DNA of 64,000 bases from an uncultured archaeon (lineage in GTDB: Archaea > Thermoproteota > Nitrososphaeria > Nitrososphaerales > Gagatemarchaeaceae): assembly GCA_963799775.1 (NCBI GenBank), contig CAWCYD010000003.1:64001-128000 (forward strand), written 5' to 3'. A program made the translations under genes and the position numbers. Positions 42,919 through 53,438 of the stretch are shown here, piece after piece. Every line of letters starts with the position of its first letter. Position 1 is the first letter of the stretch. Below the pieces are notes generated by a model. It was given only the letters and a program-made list of their open reading frames with translations. It did no database searches and had not been told where the DNA came from.

Positions 42919-44547
42919 ATGGGCATTCTCGGATCGATCAAGGGCGCATGGACGGCGTCGTGGGCCGGAATCCGCGCGGCCCTCCAGCCGAGGATGACGC
43001 TCCGCTACCCCGACCAGAAGCTCGACCTCGAAGGACCGGGATATCGCTTCGACCCGAGGAACGGCGTCGGGCTGCCAGGCTTCAAGGGAAGGCACATGCT
43101 CAAGGAGGACAAGTGCACAGGGTGCCAGCTCTGCGCCATAGCCTGCGACGGGGTCGCTGTCGCGATCGAGATGCAGACCCACGTGAGGAACCGCCCCCAG
43201 AACAAGAAGAACTACTGGCCCGCCGTGGACTACGGCAGGTGCGTCTTCTGCGGATTATGCGTTGATTATTTAACAGAAGTGCAAACTAATCCTGGATTAA
43301 AGCAAATAAATCAGATTGCAGTCGGCGACCTTCTTCTCACTCATAGGGGTGACTATAAGCCCGTCACCAAGATATGGGACATGAGTTATTCTGGGGCCTT
43401 CTACAGAATCTATGTTTACGGCAAGCCCGATTCTCTCGCTTGCACCGCCGACCATCCCATCATGGCTGTGTCCAGGCCGGTCTCCAATAGGAAAGACAGG
43501 CGTCTTCTACGCGTGACTACCCCTCTCGCTTTCTACAAGCCGGGCGAGCTAAAGGCAGGCGACTACCTGGTCAGCCCTATTGTTCGGAAGACCGTCCTGA
43601 CCTCCACCTACGAGAAGGATGTCCAGATCTACAGAGGCGGAAAGACCACAAGAAGGCTCTCTCTGATTGCATCTCCTGAACTCTTCCGCCTCATTGGATA
43701 CTATCTTGCTGAAGGCTCATGCGACGGCGGAAGGACGGTGAATTTCGACTTCAACGAGAATGAACTAGAGACCCACGCCAAAGATTGCTGCGACCTGGTT
43801 GCAAAATTCTTTGGGAAGGCATGCAAGATAAAGAAGAACGGAGAACACGGAATCAGGCTTGTTCTTTACTCGGCAATCGCGGAGGATTTCTTCTCGCAAT
43901 TCGGGAAAGGCGCGCCAAACAAGAAGATGGCCGACTGGATATTCTTCGCGGAGCCGGAGAAGCAGCTCGAGCTCCTAAAGGGCGAGTGGCAAGGGGATGG
44001 GTGCAGGGTGAGGCAAGCTCGCCAAAAATACCTCAACATCACGACCACGTCAAAAACACTCGCGTTTCAATTGCAATCCGTTTACGCGAGACTGGGCATA
44101 GTTGCCACCATCGACACAGAGCATTCCCCCAACCGGCTCCGGAGCTACCATGTCAACGTCTTCGGGCGGTGGGCAATCAAGCTCGCGAACATGTGGAATG
44201 TCGAATTTGATTACCGACCAACCAAGCACACCGACAAATTCCACATTGACGAGAACTACGTCTACCTTCCGATTCGGAGGATCGAGGTCGAGTTGGTTGA
44301 GAACCATCGCGTCATGGATGTCACCGTAAAAGACGATCACACGTTCGCCCCTCTCGGGCTCGCCACATCAAACTGCGTCGATGCCTGTCCTTTCGACGCA
44401 CTCTCCATGACCAACGACTACGAGCTGTCTGCATACGACAAGGAGAGCCTGAAGTACTCCTCTGACATGCTCATGATCCCGCCTCCTGCTTTCGGCGAGG
44501 CCAAGGTCAAGTTCGACCCGAAGAAAGGGACGGTCACACATGGTTGA
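42919..44547 (+). CDS. nuoI: NADH-quinone oxidoreductase subunit I, intein-containing (170 aa after splicing)
   Basis: TLRYP, CTGCQLCAIAC, DYGRCVFCGL-[intein]-CVDACPFDALSMTNDYELS. Confidence 0.92.
   Translation: MGILGSIKGAWTASWAGIRAALQPRMTLRYPDQKLDLEGPGYRFDPRNGVGLPGFKGRHMLKEDKCTGCQLCAIACDGVAVAIEMQTHVRNRPQNKKNYWPAVDYGRCVFCGLCVDYLTEVQTNPGLKQINQIAVGDLLLTHRGDYKPVTKIWDMSYSGAFYRIYVYGKPDSLACTADHPIMAVSRPVSNRKDRRLLRVTTPLAFYKPGELKAGDYLVSPIVRKTVLTSTYEKDVQIYRGGKTTRRLSLIASPELFRLIGYYLAEGSCDGGRTVNFDFNENELETHAKDCCDLVAKFFGKACKIKKNGEHGIRLVLYSAIAEDFFSQFGKGAPNKKMADWIFFAEPEKQLELLKGEWQGDGCRVRQARQKYLNITTTSKTLAFQLQSVYARLGIVATIDTEHSPNRLRSYHVNVFGRWAIKLANMWNVEFDYRPTKHTDKFHIDENYVYLPIRRIEVELVENHRVMDVTVKDDHTFAPLGLATSNCVDACPFDALSMTNDYELSAYDKESLKYSSDMLMIPPPAFGEAKVKFDPKKGTVTHG
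43258..44373 (+). mobile_element. 372-aa intein with LAGLIDADG homing endonuclease
   Basis: Block A CVDYLTEV, block B CTADHP, LAGLIDADG blocks LIGYYLAEGS and LLKGEWQGDG, block F VMDVTVKDDHTF, block G ATSN/C. Confidence 0.93.
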
Positions 44548-45067
44548 CGTGACCGACGTAGCGTTCATCTCCCTCACCGTGGTCGCGGTCGGTGGAGCTC
44601 TTGCGGCGCTGGAGGCTCGAGAGATAATCTACGGGGCGGTGGGCCTGGCGGCGAGCTTCTTCGGCGTTGCGTCTCTGTTCTTTCTGCTCGACTCTCCGTT
44701 CATCGCGGTCTTCCAGATCACCGTGTACGTCGGAGCTGTCGCCGTCCTCGTGCTCTTCACGGTCATGCTCGTCCGCGAGGGAAGATGGTTCGGCGACTCG
44801 ATGGGACCCAGAGCGAGGGCAGCCGCGATCGTGACCGTCCTGGCCCTCATCGCCTCCCTCATCTCCAGTTTCATCGCCGCGGGCCTCTCAAACTCCACAG
44901 AGCAGGCGCAGGCCCCGAGCTTCGTCGGCATAGGCCAGCTGCTCACAGGGCCCTACGCTCCCGCGTTGGAGGCGATGGCGCTCGTCCTAGCCGCCTCGGT
45001 CCTTGGGGCGCTGACGTTGGCGAAGGTCGAACCCGCCGAGAGCGCGGCCGAGGGCAGGGGTGCGTGA
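44540..45067 (+). CDS. nuoJ: NADH-quinone oxidoreductase subunit J
   Basis: FQITVYVGAVAVLVLFTVML motif and operon position. Confidence 0.92.
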   Translation: MVDVTDVAFISLTVVAVGGALAALEAREIIYGAVGLAASFFGVASLFFLLDSPFIAVFQITVYVGAVAVLVLFTVMLVREGRWFGDSMGPRARAAAIVTVLALIASLISSFIAAGLSNSTEQAQAPSFVGIGQLLTGPYAPALEAMALVLAASVLGALTLAKVEPAESAAEGRGA

Positions 45068-45076
45068 GGGAGGGCC

Positions 45077-45385
45077 TTGACGGTAGCGCTCTCGGACTAC
45101 CTCATCGTCTCGGCGCTCCTCTTCGGTGTTGGGGTGTACGGCCTGATGACGAAGCGCAACGCGATGCGGCTGGTCTTCTCCGTCGAGATACTCGTCAACG
45201 CCGCGAACATCAACTTCATCGCCTTCAACAGGTTCCTCTGGCCGACCGCTCTAGGGCAGACCGTGGTGCTGTTCTCGATAGCCCTCGCGGCCGCGGAGGC
45301 AGCGGTGATCCTCGCCATAGTCGTAGTGGCCTACAGGATCCACGACGATGTAGACGTGAGCGCACTGAAGAACCTCAAGGGTTAG
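45077..45385 (+). CDS. nuoK: NADH-quinone oxidoreductase subunit K
   Basis: SVEILVNAANIN, LAAAEAAV and LKNLKG. Confidence 0.95.
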   Translation: MTVALSDYLIVSALLFGVGVYGLMTKRNAMRLVFSVEILVNAANINFIAFNRFLWPTALGQTVVLFSIALAAAEAAVILAIVVVAYRIHDDVDVSALKNLKG

Positions 45386-45466
45386 GGTGCTTGGTCGAGA
45401 TGAGACTTCGCGACCTCTTAGTGGGGGCAGTGGGCTCGACCTCCACCTTGGAAGAGTGACATCAGC

Positions 45467-46981
45467 ATGGCGTCGATCCCCTTTGTCCTGCTCCAAATCG
45501 TGCTGGTGCCCCTCCTGGGCGGAGCCGCCTCTTTCGCTCTCGGAGGGGCGCTGGGAAAGCGCGTGGGCTGGATCGCGTCAGCGTCCTTGGTCTACACCTC
45601 CGTCCTTCTGCTCTCGGTCGGGAGCGGTCTCTTCGGCGGCGGCCAGCCTGTGGCTGAGAGCTACTCGTGGGCCCCGGCCGCCGGCCTGAACTTTGGCTTC
45701 CTCGCAGACGGCCTCAGCCTCCCTGTCGCGCTGGTGATGTCGCTCGTCTCTGCCGCGGTCGCGATCTACTCGATGCCCTACCTCGAGCACAGGTTCGAGG
45801 AGCTCTCCGGAGACTCTGGCAGGCGATACGGGCTCTACTACCTGAACTTCTTGCTCGTCGTCGTGGGAATACTCGGAGTCTCGCTCTCCACCAACCTCAT
45901 CGAGCTCTATCTCTTCGTCGAGCTCATGCTCATCCCCACCTTCTTCATCCTGGGGCTCTTCGGATACGTCCAGAGAGGTCGCGTCGCCATCATGTACTTC
46001 GTCTGGAACCAGCTGGGGGCATTCATATTCCTCGTCGGGATACTCTTGGCGTACTCCTCGACGGGGAGCTTCCAGGTCTCCTCGCTCTCAGCAATGAGCT
46101 CGGCCTCGACGCTGAGCTACTGGGTCTTCTTCCTCGTGATGCTCGGCTGGTTCGTGAAGATGGGAGTCGTGGGCGTCCACATGTGGCTGCCCACATCCGA
46201 GGCAGAGCCCCCGACCTCCTTCGCGCCGATAATGGCGGCGGTGGTGGGCTTGGGGAACTACGTCGTGGCCAGGCTCCTCGTACAGAACATGCCCTCGGTC
46301 TTCCAGACGTTCTCCATCCCTTTCATGGCGGTCGCGCTCCTTACGATGATCTTCGGCGGGGCGATGACGCTCGTCCAGAACGACGTCAAGTACCTCTTCG
46401 CGTGGTCGACTATGAGCCAGAACGCCTACTCCCTCCTCGGGATAGGCAGCCTGACGGTCCTCGGCGTCTCTGGTGGGATATTCTACGCCCTGAGCCACGT
46501 CATCGGCAAGTGCTTGCTCTTCTCGGTGGCCGGCATACTCCTCGCGCGGACAGGGCTCCGCGACATGAAGCAGATGGGAGGCCTGGCGAGCAAGATGCCC
46601 CTGACCGCGACCATTTGCCTCATCGGGGCGCTGATCCTCTCTGCGGTCCCGCCTACGAGCGGATTCCAAGCGGAGTGGATAATGTTCACCGGCATATTCT
46701 ACCAAGGGGCATACGGGGCGACCACGAACCTCGCGATCGGCATCCTGGGGATCATAGCGACCGCCCTCACGGTGGCCTACACGTTCTGGCCCGTGAGGAG
46801 GATCTTCTTCGGACCTCTCCCCGCAAGCTTGCAGACCGTGACGGAGGCACCGCTCACGATGACCGTGCCGCTCTTGGCGCTCGTCGTCGCGGCCCTCCTC
46901 CTCGGGATCTATCCTGACCTTGCCACGAAGATGCTCGTCAACTTCGCGAACTCCCTTCACGTCTTGAAAGGAGGACTCTGA
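45467..46981 (+). CDS. nuoM: NADH-quinone oxidoreductase subunit M, copy 1
   Basis: ADGLS, FVELMLIP, HMWLP, MGGLASKMP and GFQAEW. Confidence 0.85.
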   Translation: MASIPFVLLQIVLVPLLGGAASFALGGALGKRVGWIASASLVYTSVLLLSVGSGLFGGGQPVAESYSWAPAAGLNFGFLADGLSLPVALVMSLVSAAVAIYSMPYLEHRFEELSGDSGRRYGLYYLNFLLVVVGILGVSLSTNLIELYLFVELMLIPTFFILGLFGYVQRGRVAIMYFVWNQLGAFIFLVGILLAYSSTGSFQVSSLSAMSSASTLSYWVFFLVMLGWFVKMGVVGVHMWLPTSEAEPPTSFAPIMAAVVGLGNYVVARLLVQNMPSVFQTFSIPFMAVALLTMIFGGAMTLVQNDVKYLFAWSTMSQNAYSLLGIGSLTVLGVSGGIFYALSHVIGKCLLFSVAGILLARTGLRDMKQMGGLASKMPLTATICLIGALILSAVPPTSGFQAEWIMFTGIFYQGAYGATTNLAIGILGIIATALTVAYTFWPVRRIFFGPLPASLQTVTEAPLTMTVPLLALVVAALLLGIYPDLATKMLVNFANSLHVLKGGL

Positions 46982-46988
46982 GATTGTC

Positions 46989-49121
46989 TTGACGACCGCC
47001 TCGGTCCCGTCCATCTATTTCTGGCTGGTAATCATCCTCCCCTTCGCCGGTGCGCTCCTCACGCCGCTGCTCTCGAAGCTCGGAAGGCTGAGAGACTATG
47101 CCGCGGTCCTCTTCACCGGGCTCTCGGCGCTCTTCGCCTTCATCCTCCTCATCCCAGTGCTGGCCGGCCAGACCATCTCGGTCTACAACTCGGTCATCCC
47201 CACGTCCGTCCCCTGGATAAGCGAGCTCGGGATCAACATGGGCGTCCTCTACGACCCCTTCACGATAATCATCGTCAACGTCGTCACCTCGATCGCCCTG
47301 CTCATCATGGTCTACAGCCTCGACTACATGAGGGGCGACAAGGGCCTCACTCGATACTGGTTCTTCATGAATTTCTTCCTAGGGAACATGCTCCTGATCG
47401 TCCTCTCGGACAACCTCCTCTCGCTATTCATCGGATGGGAGGGCGTGGGGTTGTGCAGCTATGCCCTAATCGGATACTACTTCCACGACGAGCTCGAGGC
47501 GTGGGTCGGCACGCCAGGGCAGAAGGCCTTGGGCGAGGAGCAGGCATACTCGCCCTCCCACGCCGGGCTGAAGGCCTTCGTGATGACGAGGATAGGCGAC
47601 ATGGCGATGCTGATCGGGCTCTTCCTCGTCTTCATCTACGCGCACACGTTCAGCTTCCAGGCCCTGGCCAGCAACAACTCATGGGCCACCTCCCTTTCAA
47701 ACGCGGGGCTCTTGGTCCCGGCCGGCCTCCTCCTCTTCGGCGGGGCCATCGGCAAATCCGCCCAGTTCCCGCTTCAAGAGTGGCTCCCCGACGCCATGGC
47801 GGGGCCCGCTCCGGTCTCGGCCCTCATCCACGCCGCGACGATGGTCAACGCAGGAGTGGTCCTCGTGGCGCGGATCGGGCCGATATTCTATTTCGCCATG
47901 GCGGCCAACCCTTCGCTGGTCCAGCCTTTCTTCCTGACAGTGGCCTGGATAGGGGCGATCACGATGTTCCTGATGGCGACTCAGGGGATGGTCGGGTTCG
48001 AGCTGAAGAAGATCCTCGCCTACTCCACCGCCTCCCAGATCGGCTACATGATAATGGCGCTCGGGATTGCGGGCCTCTCGTCCGACTTCGCCCAGGGTCT
48101 CTCTGCGGGAATCTTCCAGCTCATGAGCCACGCCATCTTCAAGGCGAGCCTCTTCATGGCGGCGGGGTGCATCATCCACGCGACGGGAAGCAAGTACGTG
48201 ACAGGCATGGGCGGCCTGAAGGACAAGATGAGGCTCACCTTCGCGGTCTTCCTCATCGGGGCGGCATCCCTCTCGGGTCTCCCTCCGTTCGGTGGCTTCT
48301 GGAGCAAGGACGCCGTGCTCGCCTCGGCGTGGAGCGCCGGTCAGTGGGGGCTCTTCGCCGTAGGAGCCGTGACCGCCGGGATAACGGCGTTCTACACGTT
48401 CAGGATGTTCGGGCTGATATTCTACGGGGAGACGAGCGAACAGGCCGTAGAGCACCACGTCCACGAGGCGGTGCACCTCGCTTGGGTGCCGTATGCGATC
48501 TTGGGAGTCACGACGGTGCTCCTAGGCGTCTTGGCGCCGCTTGTCAACATCGAAGGCGCGCTAGAATCGGCGGCGACCACCTATCTTCATGGCCTCTACC
48601 CCTCGGCCGCGCTCCCGAGCGTCCCTGGGGCCTTCTCGTTCAACATCGAACCAGCTGGCATCGCCCTCGTGTTCGTGCTCATAGGGGTGGGCGCGGCCTA
48701 CACACTCTACATCGCCAGGCGCGTCCAGCCATCCACCCTGATCGGACAGACCGGCGTCTTGCACTCGCTCTACAGGTTCCTGGAGAACAGGTGGTATCTC
48801 AACGCGATATACTACCGGATCTTCGTGGACCCGCTCCTCGCAACCTCCTCCTGGTTGCTCGACCACGTCGAGCTGAACGGGCTCGAGCGCGTCAACACGG
48901 GCGCAGCCGGCCTCTGGGTCCGCATCTCCAAGGCTGGAGGTTGGATAGACGACAACGTCATCGATGCGGCGGCGACCGGTGTCGCCGTCGACGGCGAGTC
49001 CATCTCCAAGGCACTCAGGCGCATCCAGAGCGGAGTGCTCGAGAACTACACGCTGATCTTCGCGGCTGGCCTGGCGATAATCCTGCTCCTCTTCATCCTC
49101 GCCACAGGAGTCCTGGGATAG
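46989..49121 (+). CDS. nuoL: NADH-quinone oxidoreductase subunit L with an elongated C-terminal lateral helix
   Basis: GWEGVGLCSY, GKSAQFPLQEWLPDAMAGPAPVSALIHAATMV, HAIFKA and GFWSKD. Confidence 0.95.
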   Translation: MTTASVPSIYFWLVIILPFAGALLTPLLSKLGRLRDYAAVLFTGLSALFAFILLIPVLAGQTISVYNSVIPTSVPWISELGINMGVLYDPFTIIIVNVVTSIALLIMVYSLDYMRGDKGLTRYWFFMNFFLGNMLLIVLSDNLLSLFIGWEGVGLCSYALIGYYFHDELEAWVGTPGQKALGEEQAYSPSHAGLKAFVMTRIGDMAMLIGLFLVFIYAHTFSFQALASNNSWATSLSNAGLLVPAGLLLFGGAIGKSAQFPLQEWLPDAMAGPAPVSALIHAATMVNAGVVLVARIGPIFYFAMAANPSLVQPFFLTVAWIGAITMFLMATQGMVGFELKKILAYSTASQIGYMIMALGIAGLSSDFAQGLSAGIFQLMSHAIFKASLFMAAGCIIHATGSKYVTGMGGLKDKMRLTFAVFLIGAASLSGLPPFGGFWSKDAVLASAWSAGQWGLFAVGAVTAGITAFYTFRMFGLIFYGETSEQAVEHHVHEAVHLAWVPYAILGVTTVLLGVLAPLVNIEGALESAATTYLHGLYPSAALPSVPGAFSFNIEPAGIALVFVLIGVGAAYTLYIARRVQPSTLIGQTGVLHSLYRFLENRWYLNAIYYRIFVDPLLATSSWLLDHVELNGLERVNTGAAGLWVRISKAGGWIDDNVIDAAATGVAVDGESISKALRRIQSGVLENYTLIFAAGLAIILLLFILATGVLG

Positions 49122-49124
49122 AAG

Positions 49125-50632
49125 ATGAGCTTCGTCCTCTCGCTCCTCATCCTAATCCCCTTCTTGGGAAGCGGCGTCACCTTCGCGTACTCCAGCCTGG
49201 CTCAAGGCCGGCGGACTGCCCCTGCCGTCGCGGGCGCTTTCGCCCTCGCGACTCTCCTCGTCGCGGGCTACGCGTTCTGGTCGGTGTATTCCAACACGCC
49301 GGCCCTAGGTCAGTATGCCTTGGGGGAGGACCACCCTTGGATCAGCCTCTCCACGTTCAACGTCGACGTCCTGCTCGGTCTCGACGGGCTGAGCGCGCCC
49401 CTCGTCCTCGCGACCTCCATCGTGGCCTTGCTCTCGATCTTCACCTCCAGGGTGTTGATAGAGTCAAAGGCAGCGGTGTACTACGCGCTCCTGCTCCTCG
49501 CGGAGGGCTCGGCGATCGGGGCCTTCGCCTCCCTCAACCTCGTCGTCTTCTACCTCTTCTGGGAGCTCACGCTCATACCCATGTTCTTCCTTATCGGCGT
49601 CTGGGGCGGAGATAGACGCAGATACGCGGCGCTGAAGTTCATCATATTCACGTTCGCAGGAAGCTCGGTGATGCTCCTCGGGTTCCTAGCGGTCTACTTT
49701 GGGGCGACGCCCTCAACCTTCGACATCCCCAACCTCGCGGGGAAGATCCCGACGGGGCTGCAGTACCTCCCGCTTCTGGCTGTGTTCGTGGGGATGGCCG
49801 TGGAGCTCCCGATATTCCCGTTCCACAGCTGGCAGCCTGACGCGTACGAGCAGGCCCCGGCTGCCGTCAACCCCTTGCTCTCAGGGATACTTCCGAAGTT
49901 CGCAGGCTACGCCGCCATCAGGATAGCGGTCGGCCTCTTCCCGCAGGCCGCGTACCAGTACGCCTGGGCCTTCATCGCGGTGGCCGTGGTGTCCATGTTC
50001 TACGGGGTCGTGGTGGCGCTCTTCCAGAATGACATGAAGAGGATGTTCGCCTACACGAGCATGAGCCACATGGGCTTCATCCTCTTCGGTGTCTTCGCCA
50101 CCGTCCTCTCTGGGAACCCCCTAGGAATCGAGGGCGCCATCCTTCTCATGTTCGCGCACGCCCTCGTGGTGGGCGGCCTCTTCTCCACCGCCGGCCTGAT
50201 AGAGAAGATGAGAGGCACGAGGAAGATCGCCGAGCTCGGCGGGCTGCTCTGGCGGGCCCCGGTGACGGCCGCACTCTTGGCCCTCTCCAGCGCCGCCACG
50301 ATGGGGATACCGCCTTTCGTGAGCTTCCTCGCAGAGCTGATGGTCATCTCCGGAGGGATTTCTGCGTACGCGGTCACGGCAGTGACCGTCCTCGTCCCCG
50401 TGATCACCGGCGGCTACATGCTCTGGATGCTGAAGAGGGTGTTGATCGACCCGGCAGGAACAGGGGTCCTGCCGGTGGGCTCGGAGACGTGTCGCGCGCG
50501 GACGCCCTTGCGATATGCCTCTACCTCGTCCCCCTCGTCCTTCTGGTGGCCTTCTCGTATGTGATTCTCTCGCCCGCCGCCCCAGTCGCGCAGTGGGCCG
50601 CTAACCTTGTGCATGGAGGCGCGCCTCCCTGA
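49125..50632 (+). CDS. nuoM: NADH-quinone oxidoreductase subunit M, copy 2 (frameshift near 50490)
   Basis: LDGLS, FWELTLIPMF, FHSWQPDAY, AYTSMSHMG and FLAELM; restored stop overlaps the nuoN ATG. Confidence 0.88.
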
Positions 50633-52116
50633 TGGCTGACTACATCCTCTACGCGGTCGTGGCCCTGGCAGCCTCGGGGCTAGGCGTCCCGTTCCTGCAG
50701 CTTCTCGGGAAGAGACGAGAACTCTCGGGTTACCTGGTCATCGTCGCCCTCTTCGTGGCGCTCGTCTCGATAGCCCTCAACACGCTCACCGGCTCTGCGA
50801 GCTCCGCCCCGTTCGGGTCGCTCCTCACCTCCGACCTCCTCGGCGACCTCTTCGCGATGTTGACCCTCTTTGTCACCCTGTTCGTCGCGGTCGCTTCTCT
50901 GACACTCATCAAGTCGCCCAACTCGGCGTTCTACAACTCGCTCCTCTCCTTCGCGGCTCTGGGGATGCTGCTGATCTCCTACTCGGCAGACCTGCTGATG
51001 CTCTTCGTCGCCTGGGAGCTCATGAGCATCCCGACCTACGCGTTGGCCGGGTTCCAGAAGGGGAAGGAGGAGTCGAACGAGGCGGCCGTGAAATACGCAG
51101 TGCTGGGCGCGCTCTCGTCCGCGATAATCCTCTACGCGATAAGCCTCACCTACGGGCTCACGGGGACAACCGGGATAGCCGCGGCGGTCGCGTCCCTAGG
51201 CTCTCAGCTGTCCGACCCCATCGCGGGCTTGGCGGTCCTTCTCTTCATAGTCGGCTTCGGGTTCAAGATGTCCATCGTCCCATTTCACATGTGGGCGCCG
51301 GATGCGTATGAGGGCGCGCCCACCCCCGTCGCGGCCCTCTTCGCCTCGGGGACGAAGAAGGCAGGGTTCGTCGCGTCCATCAGGGTGGTGCTGGCCATCT
51401 CCACCGTCTACTCGCTCGCGCCCCACGGGGGCCTCTTCACCGTCCCAAACGTATTGGCCGTCCTGGCTGTCGCCACGATGACCCTCGGAAACCTCGCCGC
51501 CCTCACCCAGAAGAGCATGACCCGCCTCTTGGCCTACTCGAGCATCGCCCAAGCCGGATACATCCTGATCGGCTTTGTGATCTACTCATACGGCCAGGGC
51601 AACCCCGCGTTCGCACAGCAGGCCCTGCTCGGGATGACAGGCTCGCTCTTCCACATCATCAACCACTCTCTGATGAAAGGGGCGGCATTCCTTGCCGCGG
51701 GCCTGGTCATACTCAAGATAGGCAGCGGGAGCGTAGAAGCGTTCAACGGCCTGGGGCGCAGGATGCCGGTGACCGCCTTCACGATGGCAATCTCTTTCCT
51801 CGCTCTGGCCGGGGCCTCGCCTCTCAACGGCTTTTGGAGCAAGCTCATCCTCTTCACGTCGGTGCTCAACACCCCCTACTCCTGGCTCGCGGTGGCGGGG
51901 GTGCTCAACAGCGCCGTGAGCATCGGATACTACGGATGGGTGATCAAGAGGATGTACCTGGACGACCCCGAGGGAGAGGCCACGCGCCTCGATGAGCCCA
52001 TCTCCTTCGTCCTTGTGCTCGGAGTCCTGGTCGCGCTCATAATAGGTCTGGGGCTGTTCCCCGGGCCTGCAATCTCTTTCGCCCACAGCGCTGTCCCTTC
52101 TCTGACGGGCCCCTGA
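50632..52116 (+). CDS. nuoN: NADH-quinone oxidoreductase subunit N
   Basis: SNEAAVKY, GFKMSIVPFHMWAPDAYEGAPTP and RLLAYSSIAQAGY. Confidence 0.95.
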   Translation: MADYILYAVVALAASGLGVPFLQLLGKRRELSGYLVIVALFVALVSIALNTLTGSASSAPFGSLLTSDLLGDLFAMLTLFVTLFVAVASLTLIKSPNSAFYNSLLSFAALGMLLISYSADLLMLFVAWELMSIPTYALAGFQKGKEESNEAAVKYAVLGALSSAIILYAISLTYGLTGTTGIAAAVASLGSQLSDPIAGLAVLLFIVGFGFKMSIVPFHMWAPDAYEGAPTPVAALFASGTKKAGFVASIRVVLAISTVYSLAPHGGLFTVPNVLAVLAVATMTLGNLAALTQKSMTRLLAYSSIAQAGYILIGFVIYSYGQGNPAFAQQALLGMTGSLFHIINHSLMKGAAFLAAGLVILKIGSGSVEAFNGLGRRMPVTAFTMAISFLALAGASPLNGFWSKLILFTSVLNTPYSWLAVAGVLNSAVSIGYYGWVIKRMYLDDPEGEATRLDEPISFVLVLGVLVALIIGLGLFPGPAISFAHSAVPSLTGP

Positions 52117-52178
52117 GAGATACACGAGACGTCATTCACAAGTCGTATATAGAAGAAAGTCCCGTTCCAAGCATCTTC

Positions 52179-53379
52179 TTGAGACTAAGGTCTTCGTCTA
52201 GAGCAGCATGGGCAAAGAGCTCCTCGATCCTCGTGGCGCTCTTGCTCGCCGCAGGCGCAGTCCTACTGGTCCCCCTCGCCATGACCCACGGGCAGAGTCA
52301 GGCGAGCTCGACCACCACCACGCAGTCCGGTGGGGGTATCACGACGACCGTGACGACCACCGTCTTCATCAACAGCACGAGCCGACAAGGTCCATCAAGC
52401 GTCTCCGTAGCCTCAGTGAACCAGAACGGAACCGCGATCTTCGGGTACTACGTCGTCTTGTTCAGCTCGAACGGCAGCGTACTTGCGACAGGTCTCACGC
52501 CTCAGACCTTCCAGACTGCGTCTGGCAGCACCTACAGCATCCAGGTCCAGAGCTATGGGGCTTGCACCTTTGGCCACTGGTCGGACGGAGACACAAGCGA
52601 CAGCCGATTGTTTGTCGCCAACAGCGCCAACATGGAGTTCATGGCGATTTATGATTGCGCTGCAAACGCTGGGTCGCAGGGCGTCGGTCTCGTGCAGCAG
52701 GCGGAGGCGACGTGCTCCTACGTCTGTGTGAATGGGTCTGCCACGGCCAGCTTCCCGTCGACAGTCAGCGCGGGGGACATGATGGTGATTACGATAGTGA
52801 GCGACGACCTCACGACTCTTAACGTCCTGGATACGCTCGGGACCGGCCTCAAGCTGGCGACGAGTTCGACGAGCACCTCATGTGACTCGAACACCGGGAC
52901 TTGTCAGGCGGACATTTATTGGGGCATCGTAAAGTCTTCGGGCCTCGACACGGTGGTCGCGAGCGAAGGGGCGTCTAACCGGGCGCTTAGGATGCAGCTC
53001 TGGGAGTTCAGCGGCGTCACCGGGATCTCCACGGGCGATTGCAGTGTAGTCTCCTATCCCGCGGGCTCGGCGCTCCTTGCCACGGGCAGGGACGCCTATG
53101 GGGCTGGGACGGGCTTCACGTGGAAGGTCTATTACGCCTCAGGACTCGCGGGCAGCGAATACCAGATCCCGTCAGGCGCTGGGACGGCCACCTTCGCGTT
53201 CTCGACCAGCGTCAATTCAGTCGAAGCAAACATCGTCCTGCTCCAATCTCCTGCGCAGGTGGGATGCGGGATCGGGTCAGTGTCCTTCCACCTCGTCATC
53301 TATTCCTCCGACGACAACGGTCTCGGGGACAGTCACGACTGTCACGGTCACGACGACAGAAACCTCCAGCAGTTCCTAG
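52179..53379 (+). CDS. Secreted Ser/Thr-rich surface protein (frameshift near 53265)
   Basis: Signal peptide and T-rich linkers; the natural C-terminus ...TTVTVTTTETSSSS* is in the 53077-53379 frame. Confidence 0.65.
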
Positions 53380-53438
53380 GCCGCGAGCGAGCTCCCAACT
53401 TTTCCGGGACGGATGTCTTAGTCGATATCTACGCCACG

